Assembly (NCBI RefSeq): GCF_036365525.1
Contig: NC_090397.1
Coordinates: 67,833,781 to 67,897,780 of the forward strand
Direction of reading: 5' to 3'
Length of the DNA stretch: 64,000 nt
Source of the DNA: Heterodontus francisci
Lineage: Eukaryota
Of the stretch, positions 48,374 to 61,924 are shown piece by piece (within the stretch, counting starts at the first letter, position 1; the number at the start of each line of letters is the position of its first letter). Under the pieces are notes generated by a model. That model was not told the DNA's origin. It did not search any database and saw only the letters and a program-made list of their open reading frames with translations. Made by a program: the position numbers and the translations under genes.

Positions 48374-49258
48374 TGTCATGTTAGGCCCCACCTGCCAAGA
48401 ATGAAGCACATTAATTTTGTCATGAACATTGATTTTAAACTGTTACTGGAGTGAAGAAATGACTTGTTAAACAGATCAGCCATGGCTTGAAAAGACATTT
48501 GCATATTAACAGATGGTGATTGGAAGGACAAAGGACCATTCCCTGATACATTCAACACACAATGGACCTTGATCACCAGGTATTGTGTGTAAGAGGAGCG
48601 TTCCAGAGACTGCTAAGGTGATACAATCCAAGACGTGGTCAGACCAGATAGTCACATGACTAACCTGCTTGGCATCCTGGGTTTTTCTGAATTGTACAAA
48701 CAGTTTGAACTGAGAGTGTCTGTTTTGCTCCTGGATTGAGAAGATCTCTCTCCTGTCTGCTCCCATCTCTTTCTCACAGAACTTCAAACCCACTGAAGAC
48801 ACATGAACCCCAAGAGAGAAAAGTGTCCTGCAGCAAACAAGATTTAAGAAGAATACTGGGCCCCAACAAAAAGCAAGATCTACCTACAATCAAGGACTCT
48901 ACAGTGAGCTCGAAGAACCGTAACCAAAAACTCTTCAGATATTGCCTCAAACTTTTCCACTTTATTTTCTTCTGCTCTTTTTCTGTCTCTATCTGCATGT
49001 GTGTATTGCATAGGCATGCTAGTGTGGGTGCGTTGTGTATCCGTAGGTGTCAACCGAACTAGAGTTTAAGTTTAATAAATGTCAATCTTCTTTAAACCTA
49101 AGAAAGCCTGTTTATGCTGGTTTCTTTGCCTTATAATTGGAAAGTGATGAACAAGGATTCATCAAGAGGGAGCTAAATTAAAGATTAAACCCTGTTACGG
49201 TAAGACCAGGTGAAAGCTGAGAGGGGCCCTTAGACATCTTTCTCACCTGGTCATAACA
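48374..49258 (+). mobile_element. Solo LTR copy 3
   Basis: TGTCATG...CATAACA termini; perfect 5-bp TSD GTCAC (48369-48373 and 49259-49263); AATAAA at 49074. Confidence 0.92.
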
Positions 49259-49854
49259 GTCACTGACCACAAACTCCAGGCCATATTTCTTCTTTTAGTT
49301 TGGATTCCAGGGACCCAAGCCCATGAGCCAACTGTGAAATAGATGTCACTCAATTGTTTTCTATAGTCTAGCGGCAGACTCTTAGGGTCTTGTACAAGAC
49401 TGTCAGTGGCCTATGAATAGCTGATTTGGTGGCACATCTGTTCCCCAGATCCTAAATCAAAAGTAAATTAGGATGAAAGCAGATTGTCAGTGCCAGTTAT
49501 TGAGGAAAGGCTCAAGGGTAAAAAGGTGCCAAACAATCATTTACATTATGACGCACTGACAGTGTCAACTCTAACCTTGAGTATCAACTGTGTGAACAAA
49601 ATCAGGTAGTGCCAAAATTGTTAAGAACCAGTATGGACAGGATGTCCCAGGCCCCTCTACAAACAGCAGCAATGTTTATTATGAATGCTGTCTCTATCAG
49701 AGATGAAGAATTGCATAAGGACAGTTGTGACATCAATGTTGTGGAATTTACCTCACCTTGTACAGTAACAGCATATTAAAGAACCAGTTCTTCCGAACTA
49801 TGTTGTGATTTAAAAAAAAACTCTTCATAATTTTAGGAAGTTAACTCCAGGATT

Positions 49855-50790
49855 AGATAGAGTCATAGAGTCGTACAGCACAGAAACAGGCCCTTCGGCC
49901 CACCGTGTCCATGCCGACCGTAATGCCTATCTATACTAATCCCACCTGCCTGCATTAATTCCATATCCCTCTATGCATTGTTCATTCAAGTACCTGTCCA
50001 GATGCCTCTTAAATGTCGCTACTGTTCCTGCCTCCACCACCTCCTCAGGCAGCTCATTCCAGATACCCACTATTCTTTGTGTGAAAAATGTACCCCTTTG
50101 ATCCCCTTTAAACCTCCTCCCTCTCACCTTAAATCTATGCCCTCTAGTTTTAGTCACCCCTACCATGGGAAACAGACTCTGGCTATCTACCCTATATATG
50201 CCTCTCATAATTTTATATACCACTATCATGTCCCCTCTCAGCCTCCTTTGCTCCAGGGAAAACAGGCCCAGCCTATCCAATCTCTCTTTATAACTCAAGC
50301 CCTCCATACCAGGCAACATCCTTGTGAATCTTTTCAGCACCCTCTCTAGCTTAATCACATCTTTCCTGTACTGCAGTGACCAGAACTGCACACAGTACTC
50401 CAAATGCAGCCTAACAAACGTTATGTACAACTGTAACATGACGTCCCAACTCTTACTCAATGCCTCGGCCAATGAAGGCAAGCATGCCATACGCCTTCTT
50501 CACCACCCTGTCTAACTGTGTTGCCACTTTCAGGGAACTATGTACTTGCACCCCAAGGTCTCTCTGCTCAACAACACTCCCCAGGGCCCTGCCATTCACT
50601 GTATATGTCCTGCTCTGGTTTAACTTCCCAAAATGCATCACTTCACACTTGTCTGCATTAAATTCCATTTGCCAATCCCTTGCCCACTTTCCCAGTTGAT
50701 CTATATTCTGTTGTAACCTTAGACAACCTTCTTCACTGTCCACTATCCCCCCAGTTTTGGTGTAATCTGCAAACCTACTAATCATGCCCC
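49855..50790 (-). mobile_element. CR1 LINE 3' fragment (HER1-like) sharing its tail with the V-SINE
   Basis: ISRFADYTK, WQMEFNADKCEVMHFG and HLEYCVQFWS motifs; tail GGTGGGCCGAAGGGCCTGTTTCTGTGCTGTA. Confidence 0.95.
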
Positions 50791-50994
50791 TTACATCTCT
50801 ATCCAGCCTTAACCTTGCTACGTTAAACCATTTTATTATGTAGAGTGGTGAAATGGAAGAACAGGAAGATTCTAATAGTAATGAACCTCTCCATCTTCCC
50901 TTACATAGCTGAAACTATTCTACTACAACCACAAAATCTTAAATAGCAAAATGTCCCAAGGCACTGCACAGTTCAAAGTTGGATTTGAGGAAAA

Positions 50995-51440
50995 GAAAGA
51001 CTTGTATTTATATAACATCTTTTACAACCTCAGGACATCCCAAAGTGCTTCATAATGAATGAAGTACTTTTGAAGTGTCATCGCTGTTGTAATGTGGGAA
51101 ACACAGCAGCCAATTTACACACAGCAAGCTCCCACAAACAGTGTGATAATGACCGTATAATCTGTTTTTTTAAAATGTGGCCTAAGGAATAAATATTTAC
51201 CAGGACACCAGGAATAACACCCATGCTCTTCTTTGAAATAGTGCCATGAGATCTTTTACATCCACCTGAGAGAGCAGACAGGGCCTCAGTTTAACATCTC
51301 ATCTGAAAGACGGCACCTCTGACAGTGCAGCACTCCCTCAGAACTGCACTGGAGTGTCAAGTTGTGCTCAAATGTCTGGAGTGGGACTTGAACCCATGAC
51401 CATCTGAGGTGAAGTTGCTGCCAATTGAGCCACTGCTGAC
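50995..51440 (-). mobile_element. Deu-domain SINE
   Basis: Full head, core and tail match to the other copies. Confidence 0.88.
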
Positions 51441-51829
51441 ACAAGGAGGAATAGGAGGACAGTTAATGGAGGTGGGGCGGTGGTTGAAGACATGGTCCCA
51501 TTGGTATGTTTTAAGGAAGCTTTTGAAGGTGAGGAACTAGGGAGGTAAAATAGGAAGGTAAGGAGTAGCCTAGTGTTAGAGAAGTGAGGGTGTGGTAAGC
51601 ATGTAAAGGTGGGGGAGAACACCTGGTAGAGTGGGTGTAAGTCATAGAGGGATTTAGAAGAACAAGAATTTTAAAGTCAACCCATGGAGCACCGGGAGCT
51701 AGTGGAGCTCAATGAGGTGGGTTAATTAGAGAAGACAGGGGTAATGCAAGTGTGGTAAAAACCAAGGGTGATATAAATGTGGAAGAAGACAGGAATTATG
51801 GGAATCTGGATATGAGAGTGTCAGTGCGA

Positions 51830-52280
51830 TGGGAGTGTGGGAGGGAGAGAGTGGGGGTGGGAGTGAGGGAGAGAGTGAGGGTGGGAGTGAGGGTGGGAGT
51901 GAGGGTGGGAGTGAGGGAGCGAGTGAGGGAGCGAGTGAAGGAGAGTGTGAGGGAGAGAGTGGGGGTGGGAGTGAGGGAGCGAGTGAGGGAGCGAGTGGAG
52001 GTGGGAGTAAGGGAGAGAGTGAGGGAGAGTGTGAGGGTGGGAGTGAGGGTGGGAGTGAGGGAGCGAGTGGAGGTGGGAGTAAGGGAGAGAGTGGGGGTGG
52101 GAGTGAGGGAGAGAGTGAGGGAGAGTGTGAGGGTGGGAGTGAGGGTGGGAGCGAGTGAAGGAGCGAGTGAAGGAGCGAGTGAGGGAGCGAGTGGAGGTGG
52201 GAGTAAGGGAGAGAGTGGGGATGGGAGTGGAGGTGGGAGTGAGGGAGAGAGTGGGGGTGGGAGTATGAGTGAAGGGAGTA
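51830..52280 (+). repeat. Purine-rich compound minisatellite (GAGTGAGGGTGG / GAGTGAGGGAGA 12-mers)
   Basis: Directly visible 6/12-bp periodicity. Confidence 0.95.
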
Positions 52281-52989
52281 TGGAAAATGGGTGCAGATAA
52301 GAGACAGAGAAAAGACATGGGTGATGGTAGTGTGACAACAAATCCAAATGGGACTGGATCATTTTGTGCTCCTCAGTAAGATCTGCCAAAGTACAAATAC
52401 TGTTTGTATAAGTATAATGTCTCTATTGTAGAAGAGTTTCCCCAATAGTTTTTCATCATAGATTTAGTAAATATATTTGAAAATAATGAATCAAAAATTA
52501 AATGTTAGGTTCTTGTATGCAAATTTTCACCATGAATCTCCTGCAGGCATTGCCTCTCTACTAGGATGCAATTGCATTGCTCGCCTTTGCAGTATCTCAC
52601 CCAAGGTGGCTATTACAGGAATCCAGTATAAACGTGGATGGGCTATTCAATCATGTGAGACATCATGGATGGCATCTAGATGTGTTGGGGTTGCTGTATA
52701 ATGATTGGAAGAGGGAGCTCTGGATAATTTTCCCTTCATTAACCTATGAATACTTATGCAACTCTAGCAGCCAATATTCCTGCTAAATTGTACAAACGTG
52801 CAGCAACCCGAAAGATCCGCCCACAGGCCATGCAAACATTTTTAAAGGGGCCACGCAGTTAAATAAATAGCTCGTGCATTCCAAAAAGATTAGAGGGAAC
52901 GTTGCTGGCAGTGATATGGAACCCTGGCTACATCAGTGAATACAGTACAGTTCAGGATCAAATCTGGGACCTTTCTAATGTGTGCAATT

Positions 52990-53395
52990 TACAACAACTG
53001 ATATTTATATAGCACCTTTAACACAATAAAAACATCCCAAGGTGCTTCATAGGAGCATTATAAGGCAAAATTTGACACTGAGACACTTAAGGAGATATTA
53101 GGGCCAATGGCCAATATCTTGGTCAAAGAGGTTGGTTTTAAGGAGCAATTCAAAGAAGGAAAGAGAGATAGAGAGGAGGAGAGATTTCGGGAGGGAATTC
53201 CGGCCTAGGCATCTGAAGGCACAGCAAACGGTGCAGTGATTAAAATCAGGGATGCTCAAGAGGCTAGAAACAGAGGAGCTCAAATATCTCGGAGGGTTGT
53301 GCGGCTGGAGGAGATTACAGAGATAGGGAGGGAGGGAGGGGTGAAGCCATGGAGGGATTTGAAAACAAGGATAAGAATTTTAAAATCAAGACATT
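52990..53395 (-). mobile_element. L2-clade LINE 3' fragment (similar ones at 18590-18890, 55940-56165 and 58915-59200)
   Basis: Reverse complement of the 16.4-kb and 31.3-kb L2 tails. Confidence 0.85.
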
Positions 53396-56300
53396 TAACT
53401 CTTTACTGTCTCATTGGGGGAGTGAAATGATGTGTGATGAGGGGTCTGGGGCTGACAATATGCTCCTTTTATTTTCTCTAGATAATGTTCTATTTCCGAA
53501 GAACTCAGTGAAATCGGAGAGTAATGCTAAATAATGTACCGGACATTGGACAAGGGCAAGATGTCTGAGAGTAATAACTTTTCTCTCCTAACAAAATGTT
53601 TTCAAAAAGAAATTCAAGTCACCGAAACAGAGGGATCATGGCAACTCTTAGTCTGCGGCTGCCTGGAGTGTGGTTGGCGATGTGACTCACTGCTTGTTTC
53701 TGATAGTGTTCTGTTATTTGCTTAGAAAGGATGCAGTTATAGGAGACATCTAGTCATCACCTGTTCAAGTCACCACACTACCAGGTGGTAAGTCTCCTTC
53801 AAGTTATCCATTCAGTATTTTTACCTAATTAAGCAGGTCTGCCACCTAACTAATCTTTAACCCCAATCTGTAAATTATACATGCTGACTCAAGGCATTTT
53901 CTTCTTAAACTGAAATTGTCCTTTACTATAGCTCTGTGAAAAACAGGGAAAGATGATGCTTTCATACATATGTCTCGTCAATACTGACACATTATATTAA
54001 CTAGTCTGTCCTCTCCACAGACCCTGTCTGACCGGCTGAGTGTTTCCAACTTGTTCTGCTCCTGTTTCAGATTTCCAGCATCTGCAGTTTTTAGCTTTTT
54101 GTCTTCATGTCACTAAGTTTACACGAAGAAGAGGCTGTTTTGAGGGAAGGAACTTCAATCTAACCTGTCTCATGCAGAAAACATACTGTGCTGAGTCTTG
54201 GAAGTAATTCTTTGCCTGTGAAGTACTTTGGGATGTGATAATGTGTTACATAAATGCAAGTCTTTCTTTATAGAACAACAATGTAGCCCCTCTTCACTTG
54301 TACTGTATCTCTCTGCTAATGCAACCAGTATCTTATTTGCTTTGCACAAAGGCAGATTTTTGTGCATCACCCATACTCACACACCCTGAACTGGAAAAGG
54401 TTCCGACCTGTATGAATTAACCTGAAATTGTCTGTGGGCCTCTCCTTTGGCCTGCTGCATAGTGACTTTTCTTCCATATGGCAAAGTTATGCATCATGCA
54501 GCAGACAGTGGTTACAGCACAGAAGGAGGCCATTGGCCCATCATGTCCATTTGGCTCTTTGGAAGAGCTACTCAGCTAGTCCCACTCCCCTGCATTTTCC
54601 CTGTAGCCCTGCAAATTTTTTTACTTCAGATAATTATCCAATTTCCTTTTGAAAACTACGATTGACTCTGCCTCCATCACACTCTCAGGCAGTGCATTCC
54701 AAATCCTAACCACAGCTGCGTAAAAAAGTTTTTCCTTATGTTGCCTCCGATTCTTTTGCCAATCACCTTACTTTTAAAAATTATTTCAAAGGATGTGGGC
54801 ATCGCTGGCCAGGCCAGCATTAATTGCCCACACCTAATTGCCCCTGAGAAGATGGTGATAAGCCGCCTTCTTGAACCGCTGCAGTCCATGTGGGGTAGGT
54901 ATACCCACAGTGCTGTTAGGAAGGGAGTTCCACATTTTTGACCCAGTGACAGTGAAGGAACAGTGATATGGTTCTAAGTCAGGATGGTGTGTGGCTTGGA
55001 GGGGAACTTGTAGGTGGTGGTGTTCCCATGCTTCTGCTGCCCTTGTCCTTCCAGGTGGTAGAGGTCGCGGGTTTGGAAGATACTGTCAAAGGAGCCTTGG
55101 TGAGTTGCTGCAGTGCATCTTGTATGTGGTGCACACTACTGCCACTGTGCATCAGTGGTGCAGGGAGTGAATGTTGAAGGTGGTGGATGAGATGCCAATC
55201 AAGCGGGCTGCTTTGTCCTTGGATGGTGTTAAGCTTCTTGAGTATTGTTGGAGCTGCACTCATCTGGGCAAGTGGAGAGTATTCCATTGCACTCCTGCCT
55301 TGTAGATAGTGGACAGGCTTTGGGTGAGTCAGGAGATGATTTACTTGCCGCAGAATTCCTAGCCTCTGACCTGCTCTTATAGCCACAGTACTTACATGGC
55401 TGGTCCTGTTCTTGACCGTTCCGCCAATGGGAGCAGTTTCTCCCTATCTATTCTGTCCAGACCCCTAATGTTTTTTACACCTCTAACAAATATCCTCTCA
55501 ACCTTTTCTTCTCTAAGGAGAACAGCCCCAGCTTCTGCAATCAATCCTTGAAACTGAAGTCCCTCATCCCTGGCACCATTTTCATAATCTTTTCTGCACC
55601 CTCTCTAATGTGTTCACATCCTTCCAAAAAATGTGGTTCCCAGAATTGGACTTAACATTTTTGCAGGGCTGTGGAGAAACACCTTGCCTGGGTAGTCCAA
55701 ACACTGGAATCTTTGCTTGACTGTACTAATGATGTGCTCCCTGTTAATTCCAGTTTTAGATGTATGCTTTATTGTATTTACATTTCGCTGCTGCTCCGCA
55801 GTTTTTCAATGGGGTTATCAATCAAGATTGTAGAGGGTAGCCTGGTCTCCCAGCAACCAGTCAGCCAGCAATCCATCGAATCCAATCGATGAACCTTCAA
55901 ATAATGCAGACACCATCAACTTCCACACAAAAACAATAACAGCTCGTGTTTATAATAGCACCTTTAACATCGTAAAATATTCCAATCTGCTTCACTGAAA
56001 ATGAAAATTGATACCGAACCAAAAGAATGAGATATTAGGACAGGTGACCAAAAGCTTGGTCAAACAGGTAGGTTTTAAGGAACATCTTAAAGGAGGTGAG
56101 AGAGGTGATGAGACAGAGAGGTTTAGCCAGTGAATTCCAGAGTTTGGGCCTAGACAGCTGCAGGTATTAATGGATACTTCCTGGATGGTGAGCATTAACT
56201 TGCATTAGAATGGTTCTATAGTGAAACAACACCTGCTCATCAATTGAATGGAAGCCCTTTCTGTTGCTGTAAACCATGGAGTTGCTGTGAAGAGTCCTAC

Positions 56301-59300
56301 TGCTCACATAACGTCCGTCCATTTCCCACTCTCGATCCTCTTGGAAATCCTGGCACCCAGTGAAGGATCTGTGCTTTTTCCAATGGTACACCCTTTTCTC
56401 AGGGAAAGTGAATATGTTGCCCCTAGAAAACATAGCATTTGTCACTATGTGAGTATCTCTGAACTGCAGACTGCCTAATCTGATAGGTGTCTCCTGTACA
56501 GGTATAATGCAGTGCTAATCTTTCCTGTTATGGAAAAAGCTATCACGCTTCTAAAAGTTGTCTGCAGATCCACCTCAAACAGGTTGCACTGCTAAGTGAA
56601 TAACCTCTTGTGTGAGGCAGATGCAGTGATGTCAGGTCTTATCGGCCATGCCCAGGTATGAGTGTACATATCTGTAAATGCAGGACCCTAGAGTAGTGAC
56701 AGGGCAAAGAGAACAGATCAGGTGTCACTGTAGCGGCATTTGATATCCCCTCACAAACTCGTTTTTCTCCTCTGAATCATGGAGCACAGGAGGAAACCCA
56801 AATGGAATTCCCATGCTAAGCATTTTGTTTGATGCAAGTTCCTTTGCTGCATTAAAGGTTTGTGGCAAGAATTGATAAGCTGCAAAAAATATTTTACCCT
56901 CCACTGCAAAATAAACTAATGCAAGAAACTAAATGCAACAAAATCATCCAATAAAGCACAAGTTTTGCTTGAACTTTGGGTTTGGTAACATATCTTGAAG
57001 TATCAAACTTCAACAAGCCAGGTCAGTGAATGAGCCTCTGTCCATGTTATATGGATAAACTGAGTATCAACGGACAGAGCACACCCAAACAAGATAAATT
57101 TTGTGGTGGAATTTTACGGTCATGCCTGCATTACAGGCAGGTCAATGCTGATCAGCAACAGCCAACTTTTTATGCCAACTGCAAAATATGGCATTCACCA
57201 TCTTAAGAACATAGGAACAGGAGGAGACCATTCAGTCCCTCGAGTCTGTTCCATCATTCAGTTAGTTCATGGCTGATCTGTATCTTAACTCTGTCTACCC
57301 ACCTTGGGTCTGTAGTAATAATACCCTTGCCTGGTAAATGTTTACCAATCTCAGTTTTGAAATTTTCAATTGCCCACCCAGCCTCAACAGCTTTTGGGGT
57401 AGAGAGTTACAGATTTCCACTGCCCTTTGTGTGAATACGTGCTTCCTGAGGTCACCCATGAATGGCCAGGCTCTATTTTTAAGGGTATACCCCCCCCCAC
57501 CCCCACCCCCACCCCACCCACTTTGTTCTGGACTCCCACCCCGAGCAGAGGAAATAGCTTCTTTCAGTCTATGCCAATCAAACTTTTAATCATCTTAAAC
57601 ACCTCAATTACATCACCCCTAATCGTCTATATTTAAGGTCACCTCGGGCATTAAACCCAGGCAAGCTGAAAATCCTGATTCCTGCTTACCTATCACATGG
57701 CCCTGTGTTGCCTGTGAAGTCTCGGAATTTTGGAGCAGCTGTATTGAGCAATGTTCCAAAATTTTTAAATGCATGCCTGATGCAATTTTCTGGCTTTGAG
57801 CTGAACAATTAGTTTTCGTTCCCAACAATGTCTATTTTGAATGAGTTCTAGCAAGGCTCTTTAACTGATGGAGCTCTTAAAGAATGACGAAAGATTTGCA
57901 TTTATATAGTGCTTTTCATGACCTCGGGACTCCCCAAAGCATTTTACAGCCAATCAGATTGGCTATAGGGGCATAGTCTAAAAATTAGAGCCAGGCCTTT
58001 CAGGAGTGAAATTAGGAAACACTCTACACACAAAGGGCGGTAGAAGTTTGGAACTCTCTTCCCCAAATGGCCATTGATGCTGGATCAATCGTTACCTTTA
58101 AATCTGAGATTGATAGATTTTTATTAACCAAAGGAATTAAGGGATTTGAAGTTCGGTCACAGATCAGCCATGATCTCATTGAATAGTAGAACAGGCTGAA
58201 GGGGCTGAATGGCCTCTTCCTTTTCCGATGTTCCCAGATACTTTTGAAGTGCAGTCACTGTTGCAATGTAGGAAATGGATTTGAATTTTTTTTTGTTGCA
58301 ATGTTTATGGTGCTTTGTTAGCATAACTTGTTTTTAATTGGGGATTTTTGTAATACCTATTGTTAATCTGAATTTGCAGCAATATTGTTTGAGGAGCAAT
58401 TTTTATTTCATCATAATGGTAATTTAGGTTTCAAACATTCCCAAATATGGTCCATTATCACTCAGGTATGGTTCCGGGAAATCAGATGGTAAGTGAATCA
58501 TTTACAGGTCCTCAGCAGAATAGGAACGCATAAAAAATTTTTTCTCCCAATACCAATTTTCACAGGAGGTGAGGAAGCCATGTGGCATCTGTTTCCACAC
58601 TGCAGCATTTCTGATCTACAGTAAACAAAGATGATGTTTACCATGGGAGTTGGTTTGGATGTGCCCCAAATACAGTATTTCATGGCTGAAGCCGTATAAG
58701 ATGAAAGAAAGACGGCCAGGGCAATCGCCAAGCATTTAAGCTGCATTGGCCACACCTGCCATTATGCCCCAACCGTACCTGAAGGTCTTGGCACACCTAC
58801 CCCGCCAGTGACCTGGGACGCTGAGTGCACAAGCCCCAAGGTCAGCAGGCAGCTATTTGCCAGAGCTTTGCCATCTTGCAACAAGGACACCTGCAGTCAG
58901 CCTGCATCATAACAACAGCAGCAACTTGCATTTATATAGCGCCTTTAATGTGGTAAAACGCCCCAAGGAGCTTCACAGGAGTGTGATAAAGCAAGATTTG
59001 AGACTAAGCCACATAAGGGGATATTGGGGCAGGTGACCAAAAGCTTGGTCAAAGAGGCAGGTTTAAAGGAGCGTCTTAAAGGAGGAGAGATAGAGAGGCG
59101 GAGAGGTTTAGGGAGGGAATTCCAGAGCTTAGGGCCGAGGTAGCTGAAGGCACGGCCGCCAATGGTGGAACCATTAAAATAGGGGGTGTACAAGAAACCA
59201 AACTTGGAGGTGTGAAGCACTCTGTCAGTGGCTGTAAAGAACAATAACATTCTTGCCTTTTATGCTGCAAGGTGCACTGTGGTCCTGTGAGCTGAGTAAC

Positions 59301-60439
59301 CTATAATGCCTAAGAGTGTAACCCATCTTGCACTCATCTCATTCAGCTTAACATCCATTTTGCCATTCACGAAACAGCAGGTTGCTGCACAGCTCTGTCA
59401 CTTGCACCCGCAGACTCCACATTGTTTCACTACATTGAGTTACCTTTCCCTTCATTTTTTTGCCTGGAACTTGATTCCCATCTCTCCTCTTTAAGGCCTT
59501 TTGGAATATAGGAGCAGGAGTAGGCCATTCAGCATCTTCAGCCTTTTAAACCTATCTAAAGGCTGTAAGTATTTGTGCATTTTCCCCATGCAGCTACTTA
59601 TCTTTAAGGGGCCACATTCCTTCAAATTTCATGTGCCCTGTGACTATCATCCCTTACTCACCTAGCTCCCTGGACAAGACCAAAACTGCACTTGGAACTG
59701 GGAAGGGGACAGTAGTGTCGAGGTAACGTTACTGGACTACCAATCCAGAGGCCTGGACTAATGCTCCGGAGACATGAGTTTCAATCCCACCGTGGAAGCT
59801 GGGGGAATTTAAATTCAATTAATAAATCTGCTTATGAGCAATAATCATGAAACTACTGGATTGTCCTGCAGGGGAGGAAATCTGTCATCCTTACCCAGTC
59901 TGGTCTACATGTAACTCAGGGCCACAACAATGTGGTTGATTTTTAACTGCCCTCTGAAATGGCTTAGCAAGCCACTCAGTTCGAGGGCAATTAGGGATCG
60001 GCAATAAATGCTGGTGTTGCCAGCCATCCCAAGAACGAATAAAAACAATAAATTATGCAAATGAGCTGATCAGACAGTCATGCTTGACATTTCAGTCCAG
60101 ACTTAAAAACTAGAATTGAGTTACTGCCTGCTGACCAATCTGACGATGGAGTGAGGTGCTGATGTGACTCTCTCTCAGAGGGAACGTCACTGTGTTTTGC
60201 TCAAGAGTCAGTTCAGGTCAGGCACTGTCTCCAGATTTGGGCTACTCTAATACTCTCGGGGTAGAATTTGCTGTTCCTGCCCCAGGGGTGATTGGACTAT
60301 CATGGACACAGTGAATGCAGGACGACCAGACAGGGAGGAGGCTACACCTACCTGTTGGCGTGAAACAACATCACTCCAGGCCAACACAAGTAGAAATTCA
60401 TCTTATGGGCAGGCGCAAAACAGACGTGTACGATTCTGA

Positions 60440-60775
60440 GAGGGTTCGACGGTTTAGATGCTGTTTCCCCTGGTTGCAGAGTCTAGAACTAGGGAGTATA
60501 GCCTCAGGATAAGGGGCTGGCCATTTAGGACTGAGATGAGGAGAAATGTCTTCACTCACAGGGTTGTGAATCTTTGGAATTCTCTACCCCAGAGGGCTGT
60601 GGATGCTCAGTCATTGAGTATATTCAAGGCAAAACTGATAAGATTTTTGGGCAGTAGGGGAATATGGGGATTGGGCGGGAAGGTGGAGTTGAGGTAAAAG
60701 TTCAACAATGATCTTTACTGAATGGCGGAGCAGGCTCGAGGGGCTGAATGGCCTATTCCTACTGGTATTTCTTAT
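60440..60775 (+). mobile_element. CR1 LINE 3' fragment
   Basis: MRRNVFTHRVVNLWNSLPQRAV motif. Confidence 0.9.
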
Positions 60776-61924
60776 GACTGCCCGTTATAGGTCCTGCCCC
60801 ATATATTGTTTCATTGAAGTCATTGAACCAATTTGCCCATTTCGACAAAGACCAATATAAAGGCACCCAAATCTAGGCACAGAACTGGCACCTAGAACCT
60901 TCCAATTCAGAGCGCTGCTACTGACAAGAGCCCAGCTGGCAGTAGGTGGCGATGTCTCAATTACTTTTGAACAATCTGATTTTTTTTTTAAGAAGGGTGA
61001 AATTATTCATATTTTCTTAGCGCCGATTAAGGAAGGAGGGCCCTGGAAGGGGACGGGAATATAAACAGACACTACGTTGCTCACTACTATCTTTATTCAC
61101 ATCCCCCAGGAAAGTGTCCAACAATGATGTCATGCCCAATTCATGTACAAATTTAAAAGTTGCATCCACATTCCCGAGTGTATTTAAAGTAAAACAGTCC
61201 CCCAGACCACACAAAAAAAAAGCAGACTGACCGAGTGAATGCAGGCGTGGCAAAATGCTAACGAGGTAAGGTTACCTATGAACAAGCCCCCGCCTGCTTG
61301 AGGTGTCCTCACTCACACTCTGCTTCTCTCTTGACAGGGAGGAGACCAAGCCCAGTTGCGCAGAAGCAGTTGCCTGGAAATGTGAGCTCTTTAAATCCCG
61401 AGAATTAATCAGTAACTTGCTGGCAGAGCCTCTAAACCCAAAGCTCAAGGAGGGAGTTTGCAGACTGTGCGGCAAGAGAGAGAAAAGAGGACGAGACTTT
61501 CATTGATTCCATTTATTCCTGAGCTGGTGGAGTTCAACCTGAGCGGATCAACTAGTTCAGGTAAATCATTGGGACTAGGTGTGGGGTTCTGGTGTGTTTC
61601 TGTTGATTTCAACCTGAGAGCAGATTTCTGGCTGATATTTTACACGTGCTGTAAATTCAAGTAATTAAAAAAAAACCATAATCTCCACCTTGCTGTTTTG
61701 TGACCTTATTCTGCCTCTTTTAGTGGAACTCAGAAAGATTAACCATGTCACACAGGACTACAGTGTGGGTTTTTAAACTCTACAGTTTCGGAACATCAGT
61801 GTATTAATCCCTAATCAGCGGAGATCGTTGTTGGTGCTGTCATTAAAAGCCTGTCATTTATAACTATTTAATGCCGATTCCATATGGTGATTTAATGAGT
61901 AAAAATCATCAGAGGAAAACATTA

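Noticed and set aside
49385-49450. Weak resemblance to the LF-SINE core (CTGTCAGTGGCCTATG...TTGGTGG)
   Set aside because: Too short and diverged to support from memory; needs a profile search.
51752-52389. RV/ER- and SLTPT-repeat ORFs
   Set aside because: Translation of a minisatellite.
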